A stretch of 63,223 nucleotides of DNA, filler included, from Sluysia triapertura (lineage: Eukaryota), in assembly GCA_046118255.1 (NCBI GenBank). It is 5 parts of 5 records of this genome, joined end to end, with 100 filler letters (N's around TTAATTAATTAA, not from the genome) between each part and the next. Parts side by side here need not be neighbours in the genome. Positions count along the whole stretch, not along the records: positions 38,894 to 51,834 come from JBJNIA010070951.1; 4 more parts are not named here. One strand, written 5' to 3'. The translations under genes and the position numbers were made by a program. How positions within the stretch are numbered: position 1 is the stretch's first letter; each line of letters begins with the position of its first letter. The notes under the pieces were generated by a model. The model saw only the letters and a program-made list of their open reading frames with translations. It did no database searches and had not been told where the DNA came from. Positions 39,855 through 51,934 of this stretch are shown here, in pieces.

Positions 39855-39970
39855 ATTAGACTTCGTAAATTGGACCGACCGATGATCGAACCCGAGGCAC
39901 TGAGCTGTCAGCCCCGTCTAACAATTTTTAGATTACTATAGTCAATTGTACTACATGGCACTTTAGGTCT
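39855..39970 (-). repeat. Second, internally deleted copy of the tRNA-like repeat
   Basis: Partial A box and B box at 39871-39915, plus flanks shared with 37385-37525. Confidence 0.75.
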
Positions 39971-40009
39971 TAGGTGATCTCAAAATTAACAAGCTCAAAA
40001 GTACTCTAA

Positions 40010-40345
40010 TGACTTCAAAGGCTTTCTAAATCATTTTCAAACTTCAATAAGGCCTCAACACCTTATATAGGTCTTTCGAATGCCAAGGTATTCTTTATAG
40101 ATGTTATTATTATAGATGTTTTTACTTTCACGATTCTTATTTCGACAGTGTTTATAATGTTCAATCCATCAATTTGAACCCGTTCTCTCTTCATATTGTA
40201 GCTCCATATGTTTCTCCCTCATTTCCTAATACACAATTTGGAATACCAATTCTTCCAACTTTCTTTTTTGCTTAATTATATAGAGAACTGTTTGAGCACA
40301 AACTCTGTATTCTTCCGAAAGTTTCGTTGTGGATTTACCTTTTTC
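40010..40345 (-). mobile_element. Non-LTR RT relic (RTE-like)
   Basis: KGKSTT, MREKHME and DLEK fragments in RT domain order. Confidence 0.35.
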
Positions 40346-40694
40346 AATCATTACATTTAACTGAAGTTTTTGTTTCACAATCAGTACGACTATTTAGCGA
40401 TTAATTTAACATTTCTATAGGTTATTTTTCTAAAATAATTTAAAATTTAAAATAATTTTTAAAAAATTTAATTTTAATTAAAATTTTAATTATCATAAGG
40501 TATTTTAAACCTAAAGAAAAATATACAATACATACCGGTAAATCAATATCAAATCAATAAAATTAAAATTATACTTAAATAAATAGATAGATGCGTATTT
40601 GTTTAAACAATTATGCATTTTCTAAATATTATCCACGGATAATCGGGAGTTTACGGTAATGTCGAAATAATTTGCATGCACATACCGTAGTAAG

Positions 40695-40990
40695 ACATTC
40701 TCTTTAATCTTCTCTTGGCATAAGCTATTACTCCTAAATTTTCCTTATTCTCTGTCCTAATATTGCTCATATTGTAAAATTATTAGAGTCCGTTGTTAGT
40801 ATAAAGGGTTTATTCATATACGGAAATATTAGTATTGGTCTGCGGTTAACTTTTCTTTTAATTGTATAAATGTTTTTGTTTGTTCTTCTTTCCATTTAAA
40901 TTCGACATACTTTTTGTTAGCGTTCTTAATGGTCGAGCTATTTGAAAAGTCTTTTACATATAACTGTAAAGATTGTGGTGTAATTGATTT
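40695..40990 (-). mobile_element. Ty3/gypsy RT-connection/RNase H relic
   Basis: FKWKEEQTKTFIQLKEKLT...FPYMNKPFILTTDS...AILGQ...VIAYAKRRL. Confidence 0.85.
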
Positions 40991-41324
40991 TAAATTGTTG
41001 TATAATTTTAATAATTGTTTGTAATGTAATAACAATTTGATTTTAATAATTGTTTTATAACAATCGAATTTTGATTTTATTGATTATTAATATTTAGTGA
41101 ATTATTATTATCCTATTGTTATTTATTTTAATATTATTATTAGATATTATATTTAGAAATATAAAATAATAAAAAATATTACAATTATCAAATATCACAT
41201 AAAATAATAACACATAAGAATAAATAAAATTATTAATAAAATTAGTTTATTTTAAATATCTAAAATAAAATTTTGTTTTAATTAATATTATGTTTTAATA
41301 AATGAATTTATCAACAAGCAAAAT

Positions 41325-41965
41325 GGAGGGTTAGATTCATCTATTTAAGCTAAACTTTTCTAGAATTGAATTAGAATTAAAAACAAAAGTTAGGATATAT
41401 AGACAAGAAAAGTTTGGTTCTTTAGTTTACAGAAAATTTCTCCGCTGATGATTAACCTTTTTCCATGAGTCAAAAGTAATTTTTTATTAAATAGGTTTTC
41501 ATTAAAATCCTAATTTTAATAAAATAGGATTGATTAATATCCACTAAAAATCTTGTTTTAATTTCTTAAACCATAAAAAGGCTGGATTATTTTGTAATTT
41601 TAAACTTTGAATTTGATCTCCTAAGCCTTAAGCTTAAGGAAGTAAAATCAATATTATTATAATTTTTAATGCACAAGATCTATCGTTAATAATAAAAATT
41701 CGGAGTACTTGTTTATTGTTTATTAAAATCACTGACGATTTAATCAGACCGTAAAAGGCTGATTTAACCTTTAAACTACTTGAATATTTGACATATAGCA
41801 AAAAGGCTGTCTTAACATATCGATAAAGTTGTTTTTGTTTAATTAATTCACTCAAGCTAAAGCAGATAACTTTACCACATACACTATCTTTAATTGAACA
41901 AGTCTAATTAACCGTCGTCAGTTAGTGACATAAATCGTATCTAATTAGCCGGACTCATCTCCATA
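41325..41965 (+). repeat. Diverged R-like block
   Basis: Similar GGTT/AAATC sub-repeats and a terminal GGACTCA anchor; weaker alignment. Confidence 0.4.
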
Positions 41966-42609
41966 TCTTAACTATTTTGCTAAGTAGGTATCTTTTAAAA
42001 CAGAACCGTCGCATATTTTTTGCTAACATATTTTAGAATTTTGGATAATAAAATTTGGTAACGTTAGTTGGTATTTATAATTTGATATAAGCGTATAATT
42101 AACATTTGAGAACTTCTTAGAACGTATATATTTAAGGTTGTTTGACCACATTACAACCTACGATAAAATTATACAAGTTTTGACAGAAATCTATATTAAA
42201 CGAATTTCGTAATATATGTCATAGTAAAAGACATTCTATACTTTAATCGTGCTTTCACATTACTTACAGATACGCCATTGGTAAGTCGTATACTGTAAGT
42301 GGACTCTGAATATTAATTTATTTTGCTGTTAGGTACGTTTTTAGTCAAAAGAAAAAATACTTTGGAATTGAGTTTATATTTAATATTGATTTCATTGTAA
42401 AATTAATACTCATTATTATTAGAAAGTACACTTTATGGTTGTTAAAATTTTGATCAAAACTCAAATTATGGTTAAAAATAATTATGAAAATTTTAAATAC
42501 CTTATAAAAAACCTATAAACAAATGAACAAAGATATGAAAATTTTTATTTAAAATTTTGAAACTTAAATGATTTAAATTTGATTTTCTCGTTCTTGACAT
42601 GAAATAGTG

Positions 42610-43560
42610 ATGATGTTCCGTCACCTAAAAACAAATTATAATTATAATTAATATTAATTAAGTAAACGAAAGTTGTTAATTTAATCTCTTTAATTTCGTG
42701 ACCTCTACGATTATTAACATAGATACGACCAAATTTGGCATAAAATATATTACTTACGATGTTAGATTCGTAGATTTTATGAAGCTCAATTTCGCAAGTG
42801 CTGTCTTTAACATCATTTGTAAAGGTAGAAGGATGTTTAGCGGTGAATCTACAGCTGTAGTTGTTAAATCCACATTTATTGTGAGTATTGATGCAGTTGT
42901 ATTTGTATTTTTGTTCGTACTTGTCTGGCGCTAATTTTTAAATAGAAGGTTATCCGATTCTTGGTTTATTTTTGTTATTTGAATATAAGTTTGAGCCGGT
43001 TTCTCATACAATTTCAAGACTTCTATACGCCGATGATAGAAAACATCAACAAAAGAATTATCATTTGACGTCAGAGTATTTTGGTTATAATTATGTTCAC
43101 AATCTTTGATTACACAATCACTAAAAACATGAATGTTGGAGAAATATTCCGTAAATTTACACTGCTTCCAAAATCTGTTTCGTACAATTTCCTTGTTAGC
43201 GACTTCAATGGTCGAACTTCATTTTGAGCAACGTGCCTCTGCAAAGAATTGGATCGATCAACAACATCTTGAATTGTAATAAGTAAGTTGCCATTCTCGA
43301 TTTTAAACCAATTTTTATCAACACTTGGTGACAATTGATCACTAACTCGAATTCTTGACGTGATAAAAGTTGAGACAATATCAGTAATTGACAAACTTCA
43401 TTTTTGTTTAGGTATACCATAACAGAATCGACATCTAATTCTATCAACGTTTTCTTGATCATCATTATTTCTTTGACTAAATCCATAAGTCTAATATTTA
43501 CGCAGTAATTAGTTGTTGATGAGACTGGCAAATCTAAATTTTGCTCGTTCAAACTTGTAC
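42610..43560 (-). pseudogene. Decayed orphan ORF, divergent from cassette copy 3
   Basis: Overlapping frameshifted ORFs 43205-43552 and 43110-43394; candidate acceptor tttttag near 42626. Confidence 0.45.
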
Positions 43561-44482
43561 TACTGTTAAAATCGTTTGGTAATTGTTTTAAGTTTTTCTC
43601 TTAATTTTTATTAGGATTAAAAAATTTTTATTTTCTTACAAATAAATTTTCTGCATCACGATCGGTTGTCCAACCTGTAATGGTCAACTCTTAATTTTTT
43701 TAAAAAAATTCGATAAAATAACTCTTAACATTCTAATATTCACATATCATCTGTACTACACCCATGGAACAATTCATCTGCCAAAGTTAAATTTTATTCA
43801 CAACCTTATAGCTTATACATCACATTTGCATCTAATACTACCAGTTTATATCAACAAATCCATCAAGAACATATTCACATTCACAGCAATCAAATAATAT
43901 CCACATTTGAAATTATTCACTTCACATCTTCAAATGAATTATAACATTTTAAATTCATCAATTATCATCACATAATCCCTAACAGCACAAAATATGATAT
44001 CACTCAAAAACAACAATAAATAAATCACATAAAACATTGCACATTAACCTTTTAAATATACCAAGAGTTATACTCTGAATTATCTTCTCACATATATCAA
44101 ACCACACTCTTCTTTGTTAAAATGTCGCTTTTGATCAGGAATTCACTTTAACATTCTACATTTTACTGTATATCATAGTATAAAATGTCAAGTATATAGG
44201 CAAAGATTTTCAGTTTAGATACATGCAGATTTATTGGGATACATTCGAAATATGTTTAGAAATTAAGAAAAGAAAAAGTAAGCTATTGTTAGTTAAGAAA
44301 ACAAGAATTTATGCATTTTTTGAATTACTTTACTTTGAAATAAAATAATATTAATAATAATAACATTATTTTATTATTAATGTTGCAAAAATTAGTATCT
44401 ACCACCACCAATATTGATACTACTCATTACAGTACATACATTTGTGTCAATATTGTGTCGAATTTTGCATTAATACTACTGG

Positions 44483-44536
44483 CATCCAATCAGAAATAAA
44501 CTCACAAAATTTCAGATAGACATTTCTGATTGGATG
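44483..44536. promoter_or_regulatory. Perfect 15-bp inverted CCAAT-box pair
   Basis: CATCCAATCAGAAAT-N24-ATTTCTGATTGGATG. Confidence 0.7.
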
Positions 44537-44706
44537 ACCAGTTAAAAATTGCTAAAAATAGAAAAAAATTACACAATTGTTAACGATTAAATATTAAATA
44601 ACAAAATTTTAAAAATTAATTTTTAATAATTATTTCGAGACCAACCATGCTTCTGATAACCGTTATAAACGTTGGCTTCAAATGGGATTACAAGACAACA
44701 AGCAGT

Positions 44707-45845
44707 ATGTTTAATTCATTGGAAATCTTCCAGCATTCTGGTAATGATTTATTTATCGAATCGCATAATGAAACATCCTGGTCTGATGTTTAAGTTAACA
44801 TGTCCACCGCGAGTAGAATACGTATGGATATTAAGATTTATTTAGTATATCAATATCTTAAGTATTATAAATCAATATTCATATTGAATCACCATAACTT
44901 TAGCAGTCTCAATAATTTGTTAATAAAAGATTACAATGTATTTCAGAAGTTGAGATTAGAGCTCAAGACTAAACCAATTAAGTTCATCATGTTAACTGTA
45001 CCAATTTCAAGTAATTTATGGCGTTTATGCTCTTCTAAATATTATAGTTTAACGAATCTAGCAGGATCGATTTCTCTATGCCAACAGCCAACAAGGTCAG
45101 CTAACAATAACCGTTCTACTTCCAACAAACCACAATTGTATTATTTAAATTACATTAAGAAATTAACATATAAAGTATCTAAAGAGCCGGACAAATACAT
45201 TTCATTTATGGACACTCAATTTTAGATCAACGGGTTTACTCGTCTAACCCATCATATTATCAAGAATCACCTTTGTGTGTTGAAATTAAATTAGTATGTA
45301 CAAGTAAAGTTCACATCTCAGTATCAAAATTAATGATTGCCAAATCAAGTATAATTAATAATGATTTCAAAAATTATGAACTCGCTAACCTCAATGACGA
45401 ATGCCTAGAATCTCACCACATGAATTGCATGGAGGTAACTTTTGCAACCAGATCTGTGTGCACAGTACATTTAGTATCGGAACGTACATTTACCTACCTA
45501 TTCGTTAATCATACAAATTCGTTCAACAGCTCATTCAATACTCAACAATCAAAAAATCGTTTTTCTATATATTCAGCAAATGGCGATTTCAAAGTATCAA
45601 GTAATGTCAAAAGTAAACACAATGCAAACGACGAAACCATATGCTCAACGCTACTATGGCGATGTACACTATATAAAGGATGCACAGTTGGTCAAGTTGA
45701 CGAACCTAGTAGCTGCAATATGAAATCAAGAAACGTAACTTTTTATTTTATTAAAATTAAAATTTCTCGTAAATTATATAACTTCTTTTTTTTCTGTTAG
45801 ATGATCATTTAGAAGTTAGACTTCACTACGTGCACAAAGGTATAG
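44707..45845 (+). pseudogene. Decayed orphan ORF with candidate 66-nt intron 45735-45800
   Basis: ATGTTT start, two in-frame stops and one frameshift; gtaact...tgttag|ATGATCAT. Confidence 0.5.
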
Positions 45846-46090
45846 TGGTCAATTGGATAATACATAATTTGATACAAAATAAAAATCTTTTGTTTGCTTA
45901 TGACTTTTTCTGTTTTCATTTAAATTAAATTTTAATTGTTGTAATGATTTTAAATGTTTAGTGCTTAGCATCAATAATAAAGATAATAATAAGGATTATA
46001 TCAATTTAATAGCAGATTCAATTAATTTATATGTGATTTTAAAAATTTTTAATCAAACAACACAAAAAAGAACATAATACTAATTTAAAT

Positions 46091-48900
46091 ATGTTAGCAC
46101 AATTAATGACAGTAATTACAATAATTTTATGTTTACCGGCTGCACAATCCATTAAGGCATTTGATTGTAAAAATACAACACATGGAGCAAAATTTTCAAT
46201 AATGGATGTAAAAAACAATGTTCAAATAAATACGTAAATACGTATCAAATAGATTTATTATACAATGCGATCGCATTTATCATATTCATCAAGAGAGAGG
46301 ATACATTTATACTAGATCATATGAATGTGCAGTATCCAGAGAGATATTAATTAGATTCTATGGATATAATCACCATGTTTCATTGATTAAACAGCCTACA
46401 GCAGAAAAATGCCTTGAAAGTCTACCAATGCACTTCAAACCCATGAAATACAAATGGACAGCAAAATAATTCTTAAAACAAAGAAATATTTGCAATAGGA
46501 AATCTAGCCTACGATGGTACTCCTGAATATGAAGAATTTTGGCTTAAAGGTAATAAATTCTACAAGCACAAGTTCTTGATAATTATACTATTGAAATTAA
46601 GAATAGTGAAACAGCTTTTGACCCAGACACAAAGACAATGTTAGAAATGTTTTTTTTTGCAAATTAAAATCATGTTTATATGGAAAATTTGCTATTGTTT
46701 GTGACGTGGAAATACAATTGCGAATGTAGTTTAGTATACTTAAGAACAGTGAACTTTTATAGAATGTTATTTTAAATAATGATAATAATGGAAAAAATGT
46801 TGTGTCTTTATTTAAATTTATTAACAATAACTCAAAATGTGTGCAAATTAATAACTACTCTGTAATCACATAAATAATAAATATTTTCAATAAGTTAATA
46901 AATAAAATACTCAAACTCCAAGAGTGATACAACACACAAAATGTTAAAGTCCTTTGTGGAATAAAAGAAATTTATGATGCGGGTGTTATGAAACCACGAT
47001 AATAATACCAAAGAATATCACTTTATGGCTTGGTCAAGTTACCAAAATGAAGCTTCAATCACAATGTTTAATGCAATTGTGTCGAAACAGTTTTCTTAAT
47101 GGGGTCAACGTTTTTCTTCACTTATATATTTGATAAAAAATAGTAGTTTGATAATTGCTAAGGAGATTAGAAATTAGAAATATATAAGTAATTACTCTAG
47201 GAAATTATTTATTCTTTTAAGTCCGTTATAAACCGACCAATTTTATAATTAAACTTCTACAAGAGTTTGTGTCGACTTCCAATTTATTATCTTCCAGCAA
47301 TGCTTACTGTTCAAATGTATCAACTTAAAATAAATATAAAATTAATTTAACACCAAATTTCTTATCCATAAAATTTTTTTTATACAATACGTCATATGTT
47401 AACCGTACCTTATAGGTCGATTTCAATAAATTGACTAATTGACATCTTAACTGAGGCTTGAACATTACAACATTATAGACAATTAATTAATATAACTTTT
47501 ATAATGCTATCCGCGTCGACGTGCTTAGCAACATCTCACAATCAATAGTATTAATGAATTTCAATATTATTCCATAGTTCGCACATTATTTTCTCATGTA
47601 CAGATATTTTTCATAAAATTATTAAACCATTCAATTTTTAATTAAATTAATTAATAAAGGTACTTTTGTATTTTCAAGAGTTCTAAAACCTTCTAAAGGG
47701 TTCTCTCTTCGTATCTTTCTTTCTTTCAAATTTAAACATTTTACACGTATATCCAATTAACAAACATAACTCGTCATAATATTTTACTTTATTCTTTTAA
47801 TAATACTTCTTAATATACAAATTTAAATTTAAAATTTAAAGAGAAAACATTAGTAGAAACAAGTGCTAATTGTATTAATTGCTAATAAATTAGGTTTAAT
47901 TGAAAAATACGATCAGACAATTTATAATACTAATTATAAAAAATATTTGTAACTAAAAGCAAAGTGAAGTAGACTAACTTTCATTGATTGCGTAAGGATG
48001 TTAATTTTATAACTCATTTTAACAATTAAGGCAAATAGAAGATTTTTATAGAGAGATTATCATTAATGATTGTAAATTAAATTGTGACATATTTCGTACA
48101 AAGTAGCATTGATTGTAAGTAATCCTAATAAGGCCACTCCAGTTATTCTGTTAGGTAAAGAAATTTTTTACAGAATAATTGAAGAATTATTACAAACTTT
48201 TACTTGTAAAGAGGTTGATATTTCTATTAACCATACTAACGAATGTACTCATGAATTTATAAAAATAAAGTTGATATTTCTATTAACCATACTAACGAAT
48301 GTACTCATGAATTTATAAAAATAAAGTTATTTATATGGAACCGGTCACAAGATTATTACTACCGAACGCATCAAAAGTTAAATGTCCACCTTTATTTGCT
48401 CCAGCTCTAGCTTTATCACCATCAAGAAACCTATAAATTATAAATTTACAAAATGATATATATTTTGATCGCATCCAAGATTTAATGAAGAATGGTTTAT
48501 ATGATTAAAAAAGCTTGAAAATATTTGTTATTTTCACAAACCCGAAACATAATTTTGACTGAAACAGCAGAAACTTCCATATGAGACATAACTGATAAAC
48601 CAAATTATGAAAGATTATTATTTTCAAAGATCACTTTGAAAAGGCAGAAAATGAAGCAATTAAAATGATATGGGGAAAAGTTTTAATTTTTGTTCAGACG
48701 ATGGCTGGTTTTACGGGATTATACTATATAATTGTTATAATAAAATTACTTTTTCAACGTGTATTGCTCACCTATGAATTATGTAAAATTATCGGTTTCA
48801 TTTGGAAACTAATTTTAGGTTGACCATTTGTTTCAAAATGTTTGCACGAAAGATTTTCTAAATTGGAAGAAACAATACTAAAATGAGTGACGAAAACAGA
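46091..48900 (+). pseudogene. Chuvirus-type/gB-like class III viral fusion glycoprotein, decayed and split by a ~1-kb insertion (about 46800-47840)
   Basis: Signal peptide then AFDC...FSIMDV; HQERGYIYTRSYECAVSR...YGYNHHVS; AIGNLAYDG; KDVNFITHFNN; FTCKEVDISINHTNECTHE; YMEPVTRLL..ASKVKC; LMKNGLY; TM WGKVLIFVQTMAGFTGLYYIIVIIK, all in the expected order. Confidence 0.75.
48214..48328. repeat. Perfect 56-bp tandem duplication
   Basis: GTTGATATTTCTATTAACC...ATAAAAATAAA twice. Confidence 0.95.
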
Positions 48901-50602
48901 AATTGAAAAAATTGAATTAAATGCTAAATTATCACGTTAAAGGAAATCTTAGAAAAAGATCAGAATCTATCCAGAGATTACACATACATTATGTAATGAT
49001 AATAAATCATCTCAACAATATGTAAATGTAGTATCTGAACGAAATAAAATAGAGATAATATTAATAATCTCTCGCAATATTTCTTTTGATACTTAAAATA
49101 AATTTTATTCTGAGTTATTTATCTATTGTGAACACAATCTTTCTTTTACATAACTTATTTTAATACATTTAATACTTAATTTATTTCATTAAATATCGCA
49201 ATAATTTAAATTGATATTAACATTGATTATGCATTAATAATTAAATCGTTAATAAAAATATTTATATTTATTAATTAATTTCAAATTATAATTTTAGTTC
49301 AGAATGGTGTATGAGAAGGTAAAAGAAATTCTTTAAATAGAAGAACATAAAGTTAAAGATTCAGTTAAAGGTTTGGTTCCGAATGATTTGTGGTTACTCA
49401 AACTTCCGAATTCATGCTTAATTTCAAAAAATATTTCGAAAAAAACCAAAAAAGCGTAAAATATATTGAAAAATGATGCTTATAAAATGCTTGTGAATAT
49501 TAAAATAATACTTATTTCCTTTCTATAGTAAAGTATTATAATAATAAATCTCATTAAATTGTAATTAATTTTGTAAAAGAACTTTAGACATAATGATCAT
49601 TCTTCATTTTGAAATAAACTTATTTTTAATAAAATAAATTCATTCTAATAAAATAATTGTTAAAATTAGTAAGATTATCAATTTAAAATGAGATTACATA
49701 CAGTTACTATAAATTCAAAATTTAATAACAAGTGTTAATGTATTTTTAGAATTCTTAGTATTTTATAAAATTTAAAAAATTTTATAAATAAATATTTAAA
49801 ATAATATTATTAATTAAAAAATATTGTGAAATAAAATTATCAAATTGAATTGAAATTATTATTAAATTAAAACCTTTTAATTTTATTAAATATTAAAAAT
49901 TTTGAAATTATTATTAAAAATTTATAAATAAATAAATATTTAAAATAATATTATTAATTAAAAAATTTTTAAATTTAAACACTTTAAAAGTTTTATCACT
50001 AAACAAAATTACCATAGCTACTGTGTATAAACATAAAATACTATATAAGGAATGAAAAATTATAGTATTGTACACACGTATTATTAATTTTTTTAAAGAA
50101 GATTACATTTAAGAAACAGAAGGCATAAAATTTTAGCAGCGATCTTATTTGTATAAATAGAATTACAGTTTGATCAAGAATAAGAAGATATTCATATTTA
50201 AGACGGCATTTACAAAACAGAAAATATAGAATTTTTGTATAATAAGGAATAACAGTTTGATTGTTAGTTTATTTGCATCATTAAGATAATTTTTTAAAGT
50301 GAATATAAAATATACTCAATTTATACTTAAATATTTTTTGTAATGTTTCATACCATATAAAATCTTCTTAAAAATCTAGATTATTAAATATTAATTGATA
50401 AATTAATATTTGCACTAATTATTCTTAACGTCCTATATTATTAAATTTGAACACTATATAGACAATTAATATCGCATAAAATCGTTCTGATAATTAGACA
50501 TTAATTAATAAAGTAAATAATTTCCCAATTTATTATAATGTATTATAATACATATGTTTGCTTTTTCCAAAATATATTTATTTACATAGTTTTGTATTAT
50601 TA

Positions 50603-51832
50603 TTAGCTTGTGCATAACTGTTTTATCATTACTTTGTATAATTGTATTGGTTTGATTATGGAGTAGATAGTATTTTTCGAGTCATTACTATTTGAAAATG
50701 TTCTTTGGACGAGTGTTAAGGGCTTATTATTATAAGATTTATGAAAGGAATTAAATGGTTTAGATGATTTAACGTTGCGACAGGAACTAACTGCGTAGTC
50801 CATGTTTTTATACACAAAGATCTCACGTAGAGCAATTACGTGGTTTTTAATGAAAGGAGATTCATTCAATTGACGTCGATTTGCAAATATGGGTTGTTTA
50901 CGCATAAGTTGTTTTAAAGAGATTACGCATTTATTCTCTTGGCTTATATTATAAAAACTGGCCTTAATACAAAAAACGTTGTTTGCTTTAACTATTTTAA
51001 ATTCTAGTCCTATAACGTTTAGGATCTGTTCTTCCATAAATTCAATATCTTTAAGTACACAATGAAAATGAGAGAAAACACAGTACTCGATATTAAGTTT
51101 TATTAATACAAAAAGTTCCTGTAATATTGTTATGTGTTTACTGGAAATTGATAGTAATTGCGTCCCTGGTCCGTTCACGTATCCAATTTCGTGATTGTAT
51201 AGCTTGGTAAACCTATGATAGATAAAAATAATATAAATATCTTTAAGTAAATGTTTAATAGAACTGAAAATTAGAAGTTTACCTTTAGTGAATAAAGTTA
51301 AAGCTGTGCATTCGGATACGAATCTGACAGAGTATTGTGGAGCTGCAACAGCATCCCATGTTGACGAATCACGCATAGTAAGACCATACATTATGTATTC
51401 ACGTTCAGCCCGGTTTACGTAGTTTATATTCTGCTTGGCGTTATTTACATCATTCACGCTAATTCTCTTGATAATACTTCGCTTCACACTATAGACATTA
51501 CATAGACTAAGTTCCAGACTAATTGCATCGGTTACGTGCTTCTCGGTACTATTTACATCGTTTACACTAATTCCGTTTATTGTACTTCGCTTCATACTAT
51601 TGACATTACATAGACTAATTGCATCAATCTCATCGTCTTTGATCTGCTTCATTTTATGCATATTAATTACTTGAATCATGTCATTTCTGCTTCGCTGTAA
51701 GACATTTACATAAATTACATCGATTAGGTCATCCTTGGTTGGAGATGAATAAAATATAATTTTGTGCTGAAGTTGGTCTGGTATAACTGAAACTCGATTT
51801 TCAACTAATTCATACGGTATTGTTACTGCTAC
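50603..51832 (-). CDS. Uninterrupted orphan ORF of at least 409 aa, open to the contig end
   Basis: 358-aa ORF plus 51 stop-free upstream codons; internal ~36-aa tandem repeat. Confidence 0.55.
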   Translation of the reverse strand, partial: VAVTIPYELVENRVSVIPDQLQHKIIFYSSPTKDDLIDVIYVNVLQRSRNDMIQVINMHKMKQIKDDEIDAISLCNVNSMKRSTINGISVNDVNSTEKHVTDAISLELSLCNVYSVKRSIIKRISVNDVNNAKQNINYVNRAEREYIMYGLTMRDSSTWDAVAAPQYSVRFVSECTALTLFTKGKLLIFSSIKHLLKDIYIIFIYHRFTKLYNHEIGYVNGPGTQLLSISSKHITILQELFVLIKLNIEYCVFSHFHCVLKDIEFMEEQILNVIGLEFKIVKANNVFCIKASFYNISQENKCVISLKQLMRKQPIFANRRQLNESPFIKNHVIALREIFVYKNMDYAVSSCRNVKSSKPFNSFHKSYNNKPLTLVQRTFSNSNDSKNTIYSIIKPIQLYKVMIKQLCTS

Positions 51833-51834
51833 TA

Positions 51835-51934
51835 NNNNNNNNNNNNNNNNNNNNNNNNNNNNNNNNNNNNNNNNNNNNTTAATTAATTAANNNNNNNNNN
51901 NNNNNNNNNNNNNNNNNNNNNNNNNNNNNNNNNN
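51835..51934. other. Artificial contig spacer
   Basis: Same block. Confidence 0.98.

Larger units (their letters stand above)
43660..45850 (+). mobile_element. Orphan-ORF cassette, copy 3
   Basis: CA-rich segment (CACATAAAACATT...AATATACCAAGAGTT shared); CCAAT inverted repeat; ORF from ATG 44707. Confidence 0.75.
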
